Shown here one piece after another: positions 20,887-30,497 of a stretch of DNA of 64,000 nucleotides (positions within the stretch are counted from its first letter, which is position 1; every line of letters starts with the position of its first letter). Below the pieces are notes generated by a model, which was given only the letters and a program-made list of their open reading frames with translations, had not been told where the DNA came from and ran no database searches. A program made the position numbers and the translations under genes. This DNA comes from a virus (Duplodnaviria; Caudoviricetes): IMG/VR virus record IMGVR_UViG_3300033067_001757, positions 96,001-160,000 of that record; one strand, given 5' to 3'.

Positions 20887-22479
20887 TTAAAGAAGCCATG
20901 AGATATCTTCCATTTTTCCATTAACATTTTGAAGATATGGATTAACAAAGTTCTTCTGTAACATAGGTGCTGACATGGGTGTAAACTTTTGAATACCGGC
21001 CATGGTAGCCCTAGTCATATCGACACTATTATTACGCTTTTCAATAGCGCTATCGCGTAAATACATACCAATAGCATATGGCATAATCAAGTCATCATTG
21101 AAGCCCTGACGGGCCTGTGGTTTAGCATTCTTCCATATAAATGTCTTCATTTCGGAATGTATCCTGCGAGACCTTAATTTAATAGAACGATCCATTGTGT
21201 ACTGCCTGAATGAATGTAATACCAAGGGCCTGGTTTTGGTACTCATTGTAAAGCCTGCTGTCATTTTAGAGATGTCGTTCTCATAATTCTTAGCCAGGTA
21301 AGCAGTTATATCAGTGCTTTCACCTTTTGGAGAATAAAATATATTTGAATATTGGAGATCAACTACCTCGGTAGTAGTAGTTTCACCGATGCCGGTATTT
21401 TCACTTATTAATAAAGCGCTGTTATAATCAATAGCCACTGATACAGCGAACTTGGCCAGCAATTTTGGTGGCATATCACCTTTATACTCAGCCACCTGGT
21501 CTCCTGTAAATATATCTACAACCTGTATAGTCGAGGAATCGTTACCATCTCCCCGGGCAGTATCAAGTATAACCATATAACTTCTGTTTGGAATAGGAAA
21601 CTCCCATATCCAGAAGTCTTTGGAAGGCCCCCTGGTCTCTATCGGGTCTTCGATTAAGTCTTTATAGTAATCGACATCATCAGGTTCAAAATAACCATCT
21701 CCAGATTGATTGAATTCACAATCGCACTCCTGAGCAGCCATCCTTTTACCAAGTTCTTTATCTTGTTCATCCCTCCATTTTTGATCGTGACTCGGATGTA
21801 CATTCCATGGTAACGTTACCGGTACAAAAGCGTTCTCATTTTGTTCAGCTTCTTCCCACTTTTCATGGAAATATCCACCTGCGCCGTTCGGTGTCGACAG
21901 CATTACGCACTTACCACCAGTAGCCAGAATCTGCAATGCTGAAGCACATGTCTCATCAGCATCCTTAATGAACGCTGCTTCATCTATGATCAGGAAGTTG
22001 GCCGTTTTGGAACGCGTAGCATCTTTACTTCCAGCCACAGCTTCGGCTTTAGAACCGTTACTAAGCCTGAGCATTGACTTATTATGTTCCACATCAGCAC
22101 ATCCTTCTTTTAACCACGCCGGCAGGTTATCATATGCGAATTGTATTTTTAAGATTACGGCTTTGGCCTTATCTCTATCCGGAGCCACGGTAAGAACAGA
22201 GAAATCCTTCTGGAATATCATCTTCCATAAAGAATATGCTGCTAATAAAGTGGTGATACCAAGCTGTCTGGACTTTAATATTATTGTACGGTCATGTCGA
22301 TTAACAACATGGAGTAATTTGTCCTGATATAGGTAAACGTTAAACAGTACTCGTCCAAAATCTGTTGTTTGGATGAATACGAAGTTTTTTAAGAAGAATA
22401 TCGGGTCAGATGCACAACGTAGATATATACTTCTTTGTAGTTCTTTCGCAGTAGGGGGTTGTTTCTTTACTTCAGGCAT
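20887..22479 (-). CDS. Terminase large subunit, T4 gp17-like
   Basis: KSRQLGITT Walker A, IIDEAAF Walker B, STPNG, DTARGDG.D.S and NDDL nuclease motifs. Confidence 0.95.
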   Translation of the reverse strand: MPEVKKQPPTAKELQRSIYLRCASDPIFFLKNFVFIQTTDFGRVLFNVYLYQDKLLHVVNRHDRTIILKSRQLGITTLLAAYSLWKMIFQKDFSVLTVAPDRDKAKAVILKIQFAYDNLPAWLKEGCADVEHNKSMLRLSNGSKAEAVAGSKDATRSKTANFLIIDEAAFIKDADETCASALQILATGGKCVMLSTPNGAGGYFHEKWEEAEQNENAFVPVTLPWNVHPSHDQKWRDEQDKELGKRMAAQECDCEFNQSGDGYFEPDDVDYYKDLIEDPIETRGPSKDFWIWEFPIPNRSYMVILDTARGDGNDSSTIQVVDIFTGDQVAEYKGDMPPKLLAKFAVSVAIDYNSALLISENTGIGETTTTEVVDLQYSNIFYSPKGESTDITAYLAKNYENDISKMTAGFTMSTKTRPLVLHSFRQYTMDRSIKLRSRRIHSEMKTFIWKNAKPQARQGFNDDLIMPYAIGMYLRDSAIEKRNNSVDMTRATMAGIQKFTPMSAPMLQKNFVNPYLQNVNGKMEDISWLL

Positions 22480-22877
22480 TACTTACTTTGTAGTGACTCA
22501 GTATAGCGACGGAGTAGGATGTTTCCTTTGGCATAGGCTTCTATCTCCATCTTCTTTAAATGATCGGAACCTTCTGAATATGATGAAGATTCTCCGAGTT
22601 TTTCGGGATCAAGGTCTCCACGTCTGTCCTGATGAGAATGAATAAATTCGTGGGCTGCTGTGCGAAGTACGTCTTTGGGATGCCGACCATTGCAGTATAG
22701 TGTAACTACATTATCGTCTGGAGAATAGTGACCTGTTTTATCAAGGATATCATCTGGATCATTGTCTTCCGACAAAACCACCTTCGGATATGGCTTAATA
22801 TCCATACCATTTTCATGGATGAACCTCGCTAATTCAACAATATGTTTTGTAAGTGATTTTTTATTCTCCGGACTCAT
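22479..22877 (-). CDS. Small zincin-like (HExxH) protein
   Basis: DVLRTAAHEFIHSHQ...EIEAY. Confidence 0.65.
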   Translation of the reverse strand: MSPENKKSLTKHIVELARFIHENGMDIKPYPKVVLSEDNDPDDILDKTGHYSPDDNVVTLYCNGRHPKDVLRTAAHEFIHSHQDRRGDLDPEKLGESSSYSEGSDHLKKMEIEAYAKGNILLRRYTESLQSK

Positions 22878-22920
22878 TGATAATATTTGTATATATAAAT
22901 ATCAATGGGATAGTGAAAGG

Positions 22921-23433
22921 TTACTGATCCTCTTCCTGATCGTCTGGTTGGTCTTCCTGTGGAGTTTCTTCGTCACCAGATGGTGCTTCTTCTTCGGGAG
23001 GTGTATTACCCTGGCCGGCAGGCTGTGTTTTAAGTAGATTATTGATATAATCCAGCGCTTGTTGGTATTCAGACTCGGTACCGATATCGTATTTCTTACC
23101 AGATATCAATACAGTAAATGCATCGATAGGTTTGAACTGATCGGGAAACCTTAACTGTAATGGTGAAGGGTTATATTTGAGATCAAAAAAGGATCCGTTC
23201 TTCATTACAATGCGAAACGTTGTAGGTTTCATGCTAATAATCTTAATATCAGTCACAACTTGTCTCAATTCTTCTTTAGCTGCATCTGAAGAACCTTGTT
23301 TACTCGTCAATAAATCTGTCAATATACCGGTTACTTTAGGCGAACCAGACATAATCTTCTCCATATCAGATTCAGATTCGATCTCTTTTACTTCTTCCTG
23401 GAGAATTTTTTTAAATATTGACAACAGTTTCAT
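22921..23433 (-). CDS. Hypothetical protein (possible head cargo)
   Basis: 170 aa, KKILQEE N-terminus and acidic tail. Confidence 0.6.
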   Translation of the reverse strand: MKLLSIFKKILQEEVKEIESESDMEKIMSGSPKVTGILTDLLTSKQGSSDAAKEELRQVVTDIKIISMKPTTFRIVMKNGSFFDLKYNPSPLQLRFPDQFKPIDAFTVLISGKKYDIGTESEYQQALDYINNLLKTQPAGQGNTPPEEEAPSGDEETPQEDQPDDQEEDQ

Positions 23434-24044
23434 TACGTTGTTTTAAGGTAATTCATCAATACACCGCTTATTGTAGCGATATCTATATCGATTTGTTTGA
23501 GATGTTCTTCACTGAGGTTACGGCTATTTTTAAAATCAATACCTACAATACCAATAAACGTATCTTTTATAGTGATTATAGGGAACATATAACTATCAGT
23601 TACACTACCGTCTGACAGAATGTTAGTAATACCATACTTTGAATTTGTATCATTATGAGTATTACTATTTATGTGATTTCCATCGTACAATTTGTTTATA
23701 GTACGACTACATAAGCTTACCGGTAAACCTTGAAACTGATACTGACATGAAGGAAATCCCTCTTTCAATTGTTCATAAACCATGGTAAACTTCTGTATCG
23801 ACTTACCGGTAGGGTAAAAATACCCACCATTATGAAACTGTATAAGCCATACACGGTCAGCATTGTATGAATCTTTGATGTTTTCAAGCTTGTCTATGAC
23901 AAGACTGTTAATTTCCAAAGATTCCTTAAGAGGATCATTTTTCTTATTCTTCTTGGCTTCAAGTCTATTTTTAAATAAATCAATAGAAATAGGGCCAATA
24001 ATTGATGTGATAATGACAACTATTACACTAACAACTAATTCCAT
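23433..24044 (-). CDS. Holin, T4 gpT-like (single TM + GAF-like domain)
   Basis: N-terminal hydrophobic helix, then ADRVWLIQFHNG...FIGIVGIDF GAF-like domain. Confidence 0.6.
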   Translation of the reverse strand: MELVVSVIVVIITSIIGPISIDLFKNRLEAKKNKKNDPLKESLEINSLVIDKLENIKDSYNADRVWLIQFHNGGYFYPTGKSIQKFTMVYEQLKEGFPSCQYQFQGLPVSLCSRTINKLYDGNHINSNTHNDTNSKYGITNILSDGSVTDSYMFPIITIKDTFIGIVGIDFKNSRNLSEEHLKQIDIDIATISGVLMNYLKTT

Positions 24045-24090
24045 GCTAATAAATATCTTTCAAAGATTAAAAATTAATAAATAAAAATAT

Positions 24091-24318
24091 TTATTTCTTC
24101 TTAGTCTCTGCTATTTTTTTAGATTTTACTTTAATGTTAGGTTTAGCACGATCAATTTTAGCAGCGAACTGCTTCTTTGCTGTCTTACCGCGACCCTTAT
24201 CGAGTACTGCAGGCTTGGGTTTTTTGGCTTTAGAGTCAGTAAATTTTTGAGCTACACCGGATTTAGCAGCTTCTTTTAGAGCTTCTTCGAATATTTCTTT
24301 CGCGATTTGTTTTAACAT
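24091..24318 (-). CDS. Small Lys/Ala-rich basic protein (possible DNA-condensing internal protein)
   Basis: Start at MLKQ (24318), downstream of the late motif; very basic. Confidence 0.55.
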   Translation of the reverse strand: MLKQIAKEIFEEALKEAAKSGVAQKFTDSKAKKPKPAVLDKGRGKTAKKQFAAKIDRAKPNIKVKSKKIAETKKK

Positions 24319-24343
24319 TATGTATAAGTTGTATGTATAAATA

Positions 24344-24922
24344 TCATGCAAGGAACCGTTCCTTAACTTCTTGCAGTTCTTTTTTCATAGATTCTACCAA
24401 TTTCTCCATATTAATATCACCATCCAGATCCTGGATATCTCCATTTTCGCATATAACCTGCTCTTTTTGAGATGAAGCCATCGCTTCGATAAATTGCTCC
24501 GCTTCGTAGAAATCAGTCCGCATATTGGCTCTAATGATGTTCTGCATGTATGCTTCATACTTACCTTCACGTTTAAGCTGAGATTCATACTCGGTAACAC
24601 AGTTAAAACAACGCTTATGTATAGGATACATGATTTTATCAAACCTGGTCTTCATAGATCCTTTACATACCGGGCAGGATAATGGTATTCTGAGTAATGC
24701 TTTAACATCATCAAGCTTTGTGAAGGTTTCTTTTAAACCATCTTTGATGGTCCAGGTTCTACCATCTTCTTCCCAGACATCACCTTCGTTGTGATCCGAT
24801 GTGGTTCGCTGGTAACCCACTTGTGAAATAGTAGCATCACCATATTTCTTGGCAACGATATTTCGTATACGTTGTACGTCAGACTCTTTGAAGGTCTTCT
24901 TGAGTAAGGTTTCTTTAGGCAT
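24344..24922 (-). CDS. Hypothetical zinc-finger protein
   Basis: CPVC...CFNC pair; GDVWEEDGRTWTIKDG. Confidence 0.6.
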   Translation of the reverse strand: MPKETLLKKTFKESDVQRIRNIVAKKYGDATISQVGYQRTTSDHNEGDVWEEDGRTWTIKDGLKETFTKLDDVKALLRIPLSCPVCKGSMKTRFDKIMYPIHKRCFNCVTEYESQLKREGKYEAYMQNIIRANMRTDFYEAEQFIEAMASSQKEQVICENGDIQDLDGDINMEKLVESMKKELQEVKERFLA

Positions 24923-24926
24923 GGTT

Positions 24927-25526
24927 CTATACTATATCGAGGTTATGTTTCCAGTAATCCTTATCAAATGATTTGATCACTCTTTCCATTAATTGATTGG
25001 AAGATTCTAGTGGTCCTTCCGCATCAGGTTTTAATATCTCAATTACTGAATTGATTTGATCAGGAGTAAAGCTGGCTGGTAGAAATTTCTTAATTGAGGA
25101 TTCATCTTCCTCAGCTATGGCTTTCAATAAGCCTTTAGAGGATGATTCAAATTGAGAAGGAATTAATTCTATCTTTAAATTGATAAACTTGTCGAAATGC
25201 TTTGTGAATGATTCTTTTCTACCAGAAGCCTCATCAATAGCAATGTAGTATTCATCGGTGGGATGTTTCAACATCTTATTATAAACATACATCAAGGCCG
25301 TGGTATCTTCCGATTGTTCAATGTGTATGTTTGTAGCGAACTCGGAGCTTAATAACATTTTCCATAGATCAGCCTTATCATCCTGTGATATCTGATCAGT
25401 TTGATCTTTACCGAGCACAATAACCACTTCGTAAATATTTTCACGCCTGGTAAGATATTGAGCAGTATTGAGATGTTGAACAACTGGGGGATTAAATTTC
25501 CCGGGAAAAAAACATATACCTTTCAT
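24927..25526 (-). CDS. Cytidylyltransferase-like (HIGH-fold) protein with degenerate motif
   Basis: FFPGKFNPPVVQHL in place of GxFxPxHxGH. Confidence 0.6.
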   Translation of the reverse strand: MKGICFFPGKFNPPVVQHLNTAQYLTRRENIYEVVIVLGKDQTDQISQDDKADLWKMLLSSEFATNIHIEQSEDTTALMYVYNKMLKHPTDEYYIAIDEASGRKESFTKHFDKFINLKIELIPSQFESSSKGLLKAIAEEDESSIKKFLPASFTPDQINSVIEILKPDAEGPLESSNQLMERVIKSFDKDYWKHNLDIV

Positions 25527-25540
25527 AGTATATATAAATA

Positions 25541-25771
25541 TCAGGATACAGTCTTAACTAACTCATACCCAAAACGAACAGTATTACGCAACTGTTTAAG
25601 TAAATCATTAGTAAGTATTATGACCCCTGTTTTCTCATCATTTCCAAGTACTGTCTGATGTACTTCAATATAATGAATAATTTGTTCCAGACTACCAAAA
25701 TGATATGAATCCGGATCGGTATACATATATTGAGAGGAAGTGGCTCCTTCTGGATATAAATCGTTGATCAT
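25541..25771 (-). CDS. Hypothetical protein
   Basis: 76-aa ORF in operon. Confidence 0.5.
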   Translation of the reverse strand: MINDLYPEGATSSQYMYTDPDSYHFGSLEQIIHYIEVHQTVLGNDEKTGVIILTNDLLKQLRNTVRFGYELVKTVS

Positions 25772-25774
25772 GTG

Positions 25775-26305
25775 TTAATCCTTTAAAAGTTCGGCCTTAA
25801 AACTTGAAATCGATGTCTTGATACACGGTAATATCTCAACCACTTCACCGGTACTTTCGTCCAGAACCTTCACCGGCTTCTTGATAGTTTTTAGATAATC
25901 TTCCCGATCTTTTATTTGATCCTTCAGATCACTCAATTTATGTTGAAAATCATTCCATACAGTATCGTTGCAGGCTGAATAATCATATGTCGTTCCAGTC
26001 TCGGCCAATGTAAATACAGTACCGTTCTTACTGGAATACTTTTTACCATCATCAGCATTCTTTTGAATTTCGTCGCGTACCAATGATGAAAAACCATTCT
26101 TACCCATATCATCAGTACAGGATTTCAAAGCTTTATAAGTATCTTCTACATATTTGAATGCTTCAACGATATCGACAGCATTTACCTCACCATCCATTAT
26201 TTTCTGATAGAAATTAGCGGCTGTTTGAGCTGCACCTTGTTTTGATACGACTACCGGTGCGGAGTATTTTGTTTTGTCGAGACTGAATATTAAATCTTGT
26301 GTCAT
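25775..26305 (-). CDS. Hypothetical protein
   Basis: 176 aa, GTTYDYSACND..W followed by a coiled coil; coupled to primase. Confidence 0.6.
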   Translation of the reverse strand: MTQDLIFSLDKTKYSAPVVVSKQGAAQTAANFYQKIMDGEVNAVDIVEAFKYVEDTYKALKSCTDDMGKNGFSSLVRDEIQKNADDGKKYSSKNGTVFTLAETGTTYDYSACNDTVWNDFQHKLSDLKDQIKDREDYLKTIKKPVKVLDESTGEVVEILPCIKTSISSFKAELLKD

Positions 26306-27246
26306 AATGATAATTTTAATTGCATGATCTTGGTCAGAGACAGCTTCTCTGCTGTATGTATATTATTTGTAAAATTCTCGAAGCCCATCTCTCCTGGATC
26401 CTTATATCCTTTTAAGTCTACCAGATATACCTGTTTACCATAAGTAATAAAAGTCTCACAATGTTTAAGAGCCATCTTAATGGCATCTGGATCGAGTGCT
26501 ATATAGAGTTTTTTGACCTTGGAATTAATGAGCTTCTTCATCAGGTTCTGAGTAATGGATTTACCCAGCAACGGTATAGCATTCCGTTTAATTGAAAACA
26601 TATCGAATACTCCTTCACATAATACAATAGGAGCATCCCAGTTAATGTTCATCTCGTTAAAAACGATATCACGGCTTACTTGTGGATATTTGTATTTTAA
26701 CCAGGTGGTTTCATCAAATGATCTTCCTACAAAGAAGTTCATCTTACCGTTACAATCGTATGAAGGAATGATTATTCTTTCGGCATACGGACCGTCATCA
26801 CAGTATCCTATCTGATACTTTACAATGTCTTCCGATGTAATACCACGTCTTTTTAAATACACCCGGGCATGTTTGGCCAGTATATCGGATGATTTGGCTT
26901 CAGGTAAGAAAACATACTCCGCTGGTAACAAGCCATCAAAAACCTTATAATCAGCTTCATTAAGGTCAGTTCGTACAATAAGCTTATCAAGCTTATCAAC
27001 TACCTCTCTCGAGGCCCCCATACGCCTTAAAAGGCTGCGAACCTTTTTACCGGAAGCATTACAAGCCCAACAGTGCCATTTATTCTGTCCTTCTGAATCC
27101 GTAACAATATCAACTTCAAGACGTTTGTTACCATTTCTGGAAGAATTACAATCTGTAAAAGGACAGAAGTACTTTCTGTTGGTTTTTGTAGATTTCTCAC
27201 CACCGCGTAGAACTGTATCGAGGAGACCGGATAGGATGTTTTCCAA
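26302..27246 (-). CDS. DNA primase (Zn finger + TOPRIM)
   Basis: CPF..C...WHCWAC, RIIIP, LCEGVFD, ALDPDA, KDPGE. TTG start preceded by AAATAAAGGTT. Confidence 0.9.
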   Translation of the reverse strand: MENILSGLLDTVLRGGEKSTKTNRKYFCPFTDCNSSRNGNKRLEVDIVTDSEGQNKWHCWACNASGKKVRSLLRRMGASREVVDKLDKLIVRTDLNEADYKVFDGLLPAEYVFLPEAKSSDILAKHARVYLKRRGITSEDIVKYQIGYCDDGPYAERIIIPSYDCNGKMNFFVGRSFDETTWLKYKYPQVSRDIVFNEMNINWDAPIVLCEGVFDMFSIKRNAIPLLGKSITQNLMKKLINSKVKKLYIALDPDAIKMALKHCETFITYGKQVYLVDLKGYKDPGEMGFENFTNNIHTAEKLSLTKIMQLKLSL

Positions 27247-27251
27247 AACCT

Positions 27252-27812
27252 TTATTTAATTATAAGTCCTCTACCAACAAGATAATCAAACCATTCTTGT
27301 AATTTTTCATTAACCTTATCTTCAGCATCATGATCTCTCTTTTCGATGTATAATTTGTCAGCGGCTAAAGACATTTTATATTTTGTATCATCTATATTGT
27401 GAGTAAGAATAGTAAAATACATTCTATTCTTTTGACCATCAAAATCTCTTTTATCTGTAGGTACCTTATCATCACCAAACACTTCAAGTCTATCAGGATC
27501 TTTTTCTTTAAGAAACTGATTAACTGCTGCTATTACAGTATAAATGATTTTCATTAAGTGACTGAGTGGAACTGTCTTATGCTTTTTAGTATTATTATCA
27601 CTATATGAATATCCAACGTTATACACTTTACGAGAGGCTTTTTCAAACTTTATCTGTACCTTGTCACCGTCTATATCATCAAAATAAGCTACAAAATCAA
27701 ATACTTTCGGTATAAATTCAAATTCGGTTTGAAGAGGTTGATACCTTTCTCCTATCTCGGTAATAATTTTGCCATATCTCTGTTTGGAGATTTCTAAATT
27801 CCATATTGCCAT
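27252..27812 (-). CDS. Hypothetical protein
   Basis: 186-aa ORF downstream of a host-type promoter. Confidence 0.6.
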   Translation of the reverse strand: MAIWNLEISKQRYGKIITEIGERYQPLQTEFEFIPKVFDFVAYFDDIDGDKVQIKFEKASRKVYNVGYSYSDNNTKKHKTVPLSHLMKIIYTVIAAVNQFLKEKDPDRLEVFGDDKVPTDKRDFDGQKNRMYFTILTHNIDDTKYKMSLAADKLYIEKRDHDAEDKVNEKLQEWFDYLVGRGLIIK

Positions 27813-27820
27813 AAGTTCTA

Positions 27821-27852
27821 CAAATATATGACAAGTTCTCTAAACTACCAAA
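27821..27852 (-). promoter_or_regulatory. Bacteroidota sigma70-type promoter for the primase operon
   Basis: Minus strand TTTG-N20-TATATTTG. Confidence 0.7.
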
Positions 27853-28295
27853 TCCTTTTTAAAAAAATGGCCAGATATGTTATTATTATATGAGTTATCA
27901 GATTCAAGTACTCGGTGAAGTATCTGATATTTTATCTCAAAATAGGTGAGCTGCTTTTTTGAGAATGCTATTTCGAGTATCTCTCGTTTGAATAAAGAAG
28001 GTCCTAAAGACTTGACTTCCTCTTTGAGAACTGGTTCGCTTGAATAATATGTTTTCCAGTCACTCTCCTTTACTACCTTTTTCTTGGAAAGTTTCTTCCC
28101 AGGCTTCTTGAGAGCAGCCTGAGCTTCAAGTTCTTTCTTACCAAGTTTGATGTTTCGTGTCGAATGAATATTCTTCTTACCAATGTAGAACTTACCATCG
28201 GGACTATCTAACGATGTAATCTTATACACAAAACCTATTGCACCTTCTGGGAACTGATCAATATGATCTACAATGGATCCGCTGTAATGCCACAT
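27840..28295 (-). CDS. Short GIY-YIG-like nuclease
   Basis: GFVYKIT...FYIGKK...ESDWKTYYSS...FKREIL...YNNNISG. Confidence 0.7.
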   Translation of the reverse strand: MWHYSGSIVDHIDQFPEGAIGFVYKITSLDSPDGKFYIGKKNIHSTRNIKLGKKELEAQAALKKPGKKLSKKKVVKESDWKTYYSSEPVLKEEVKSLGPSLFKREILEIAFSKKQLTYFEIKYQILHRVLESDNSYNNNISGHFFKKDLVV

Positions 28296-28323
28296 AAACT
28301 TTATTTCTAATAAATATCAGAGA

Positions 28324-28611
28324 CTACATGTCCCAGCGAATAAGGAAATTACTATCGGTATCCTGAGAGAGTGGAATTGGTTGAGAGAACTTAGCAATAG
28401 CCAGTAGTTCTTGTGCATCATTATAGAGACCTACGGTGGTAACATAAGGAGTAAATTCTGAACCTGTTACGAATTCTTTTACCTGACCGTTACTACCTGA
28501 ATAAATAGCAGATTTATTGTACGTATAATTAAACTCATATTCTTTGACAGAACATTTTATATTCTGCTCATAAAGAACCTGTTCGTTTTGAAAGCTTATA
28601 GTGAAGTCCAT
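28324..28611 (-). CDS. Baseplate/fibre-anchor C-terminal domain (separated half of a split gene)
   Basis: PYVTTVGLYNDAQELLAIAKFSQP matches the C-terminus of 32022..33059. Confidence 0.65.
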   Translation of the reverse strand: MDFTISFQNEQVLYEQNIKCSVKEYEFNYTYNKSAIYSGSNGQVKEFVTGSEFTPYVTTVGLYNDAQELLAIAKFSQPIPLSQDTDSNFLIRWDM

Positions 28612-30497
28612 TATTGTTTTGATGTATTTAGGAATTCAATCATCTGGAATATCGTATTACTACCACTTACATATTTAAGCGTAAAATCAGATCCAGATGT
28701 ATGTATACCACCCCAAGGGAAATTTGTTACATTGATACTGGCACTTACCCACGTTCCTGTATTTGAATTTACAAAACTCTGAGATGATCCTGAATATGTA
28801 AATGACCAGGCACCGCTTCCGGTATCACACCAAACGATTGACATTGAAACATTGTTTGAACCGGAAATAAACAAAGGATTCTCAAATCTAAAATACATCT
28901 CCCTGCTACCACTACCGACTAAATCAAACTTACGGGCATACCGACCATAAATACTTGAACTTACACCTACTCTATAAGCACCTAACGATGTAAAACTAGC
29001 GCTGATCTGAGTCATATTTAACTCGTAATTCTTCGGTACGTAATATCCAAAATCGTTATAATAAAGATTGTTATTTCCGAGCGAAGTATAATTAGCTCCT
29101 AATGAACCGGTAGCATATGTGTAAATCGCAGTTACCCGGGCTTGATTAAAGTATCCATTTATAAAGCGCTTATTGATAGTCCACTCTTTAAAATCGATAC
29201 TTTCACTTCCAGCAAGTACACTTGCTGTCATGTTATTATAACCAGTTACATCTGCCGGCGCTAATAAAACTCCATAACTCGCTGTTGGGAATCTTTCTTC
29301 ATCTGCATAATCGATTACATCCCTGAAAACCAATAATGCCCTGTTTGATATGTATGCATTTTTTGGTCCGGCATATAATCTAAATAAGTTTGCAGCTCGG
29401 TTACCAAGAGAAGTGGCCCACGGTTGAGGGAAATTAAACATACCGAGCCCACCTGCTATCGCATTTATAACAATCAACCAACTTTGTTGATTTGGTGCAT
29501 ATCCACTCGAAATATCTGTATCTCTATCTCCATACTCAGCACGACTTCTGAAATAATAATGTGGAGTATTTGCTATTTTCTTATTTCGATTATAATATAT
29601 AGTTTGCCCATCAAAAGTATAATCATGACCAAGATTACCTTGTTTGATAAAAGACCTCGGATATAATCCGGAAACATGTTCACTGTCACCTGCATCATTA
29701 CCTATATTTAGCATCAATCTCAAAGATGATGTAGCTTGAGTCAAATATTTTGACGCAGATGCCCATGACCGTTTTCTATAATCCTCCCAATCACTTCCAC
29801 TAATAGTAAAAGATGATATTACGGGAGTACCTTTATATGGATCTTCGTCGCCGGTTGTACCTTCTGCTATTTGCCAATACAAAAACTTATCTTTTACAGA
29901 TTGTGAATATGCTGCAAATTCAGCAGTTAAGTCTTGTAAAAATCCAATAAAATGATTCATATAATACGAAGATGTGTAAACAGGCCATGGTCCATTTATA
30001 CTACTACCTGTTGTATTAAATGTTCCAGAACCCGATAATACCCAATTCGGAGAATTCTGACCAACGTAAAACTCTAATCCAAAATAAATACTTGCAGATG
30101 TAAATACTGCAATTCTGTTTCTCAAATATGTCCAGTTATACGAACCTGAAACAGATGATACATCGCTCCAGTTAACTGTTAAATGAAACCCTGACAAAAT
30201 CAGACCGTTGTTTATAAACTGATTTATATTTGTAGATGGCATTGTACCAAATCCCCAACTTCCTAATACATTCGGATCGAAAGATGGAATTACCTGGTTC
30301 CATGTAGGCATATGACTATGACTTATATTTGGTTTTACCTGAACGTAAGAATATAAACTCGATGTATTCAGTACCCTATTTGAATAAGGTATAACCAAAT
30401 CTACACTCGTAGCACTAGATGATGCTACCAATTGACCAACTGATACTGATGAAGATATATCAGAAAAAGTAAATAGACTACCCGATCTTCTCATCAA
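28611..30497 (-). CDS. Virion-associated glycoside-hydrolase-like protein (paralogue of 299..2146)
   Basis: VNWSDV...GSYNW, YWQIAEGTTGDEDPYKG, DVIDYADEERFP..YG. No signal peptide; located in the baseplate cluster. Confidence 0.55.
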   Translation of the reverse strand: MMRRSGSLFTFSDISSSVSVGQLVASSSATSVDLVIPYSNRVLNTSSLYSYVQVKPNISHSHMPTWNQVIPSFDPNVLGSWGFGTMPSTNINQFINNGLILSGFHLTVNWSDVSSVSGSYNWTYLRNRIAVFTSASIYFGLEFYVGQNSPNWVLSGSGTFNTTGSSINGPWPVYTSSYYMNHFIGFLQDLTAEFAAYSQSVKDKFLYWQIAEGTTGDEDPYKGTPVISSFTISGSDWEDYRKRSWASASKYLTQATSSLRLMLNIGNDAGDSEHVSGLYPRSFIKQGNLGHDYTFDGQTIYYNRNKKIANTPHYYFRSRAEYGDRDTDISSGYAPNQQSWLIVINAIAGGLGMFNFPQPWATSLGNRAANLFRLYAGPKNAYISNRALLVFRDVIDYADEERFPTASYGVLLAPADVTGYNNMTASVLAGSESIDFKEWTINKRFINGYFNQARVTAIYTYATGSLGANYTSLGNNNLYYNDFGYYVPKNYELNMTQISASFTSLGAYRVGVSSSIYGRYARKFDLVGSGSREMYFRFENPLFISGSNNVSMSIVWCDTGSGAWSFTYSGSSQSFVNSNTGTWVSASINVTNFPWGGIHTSGSDFTLKYVSGSNTIFQMIEFLNTSKQ

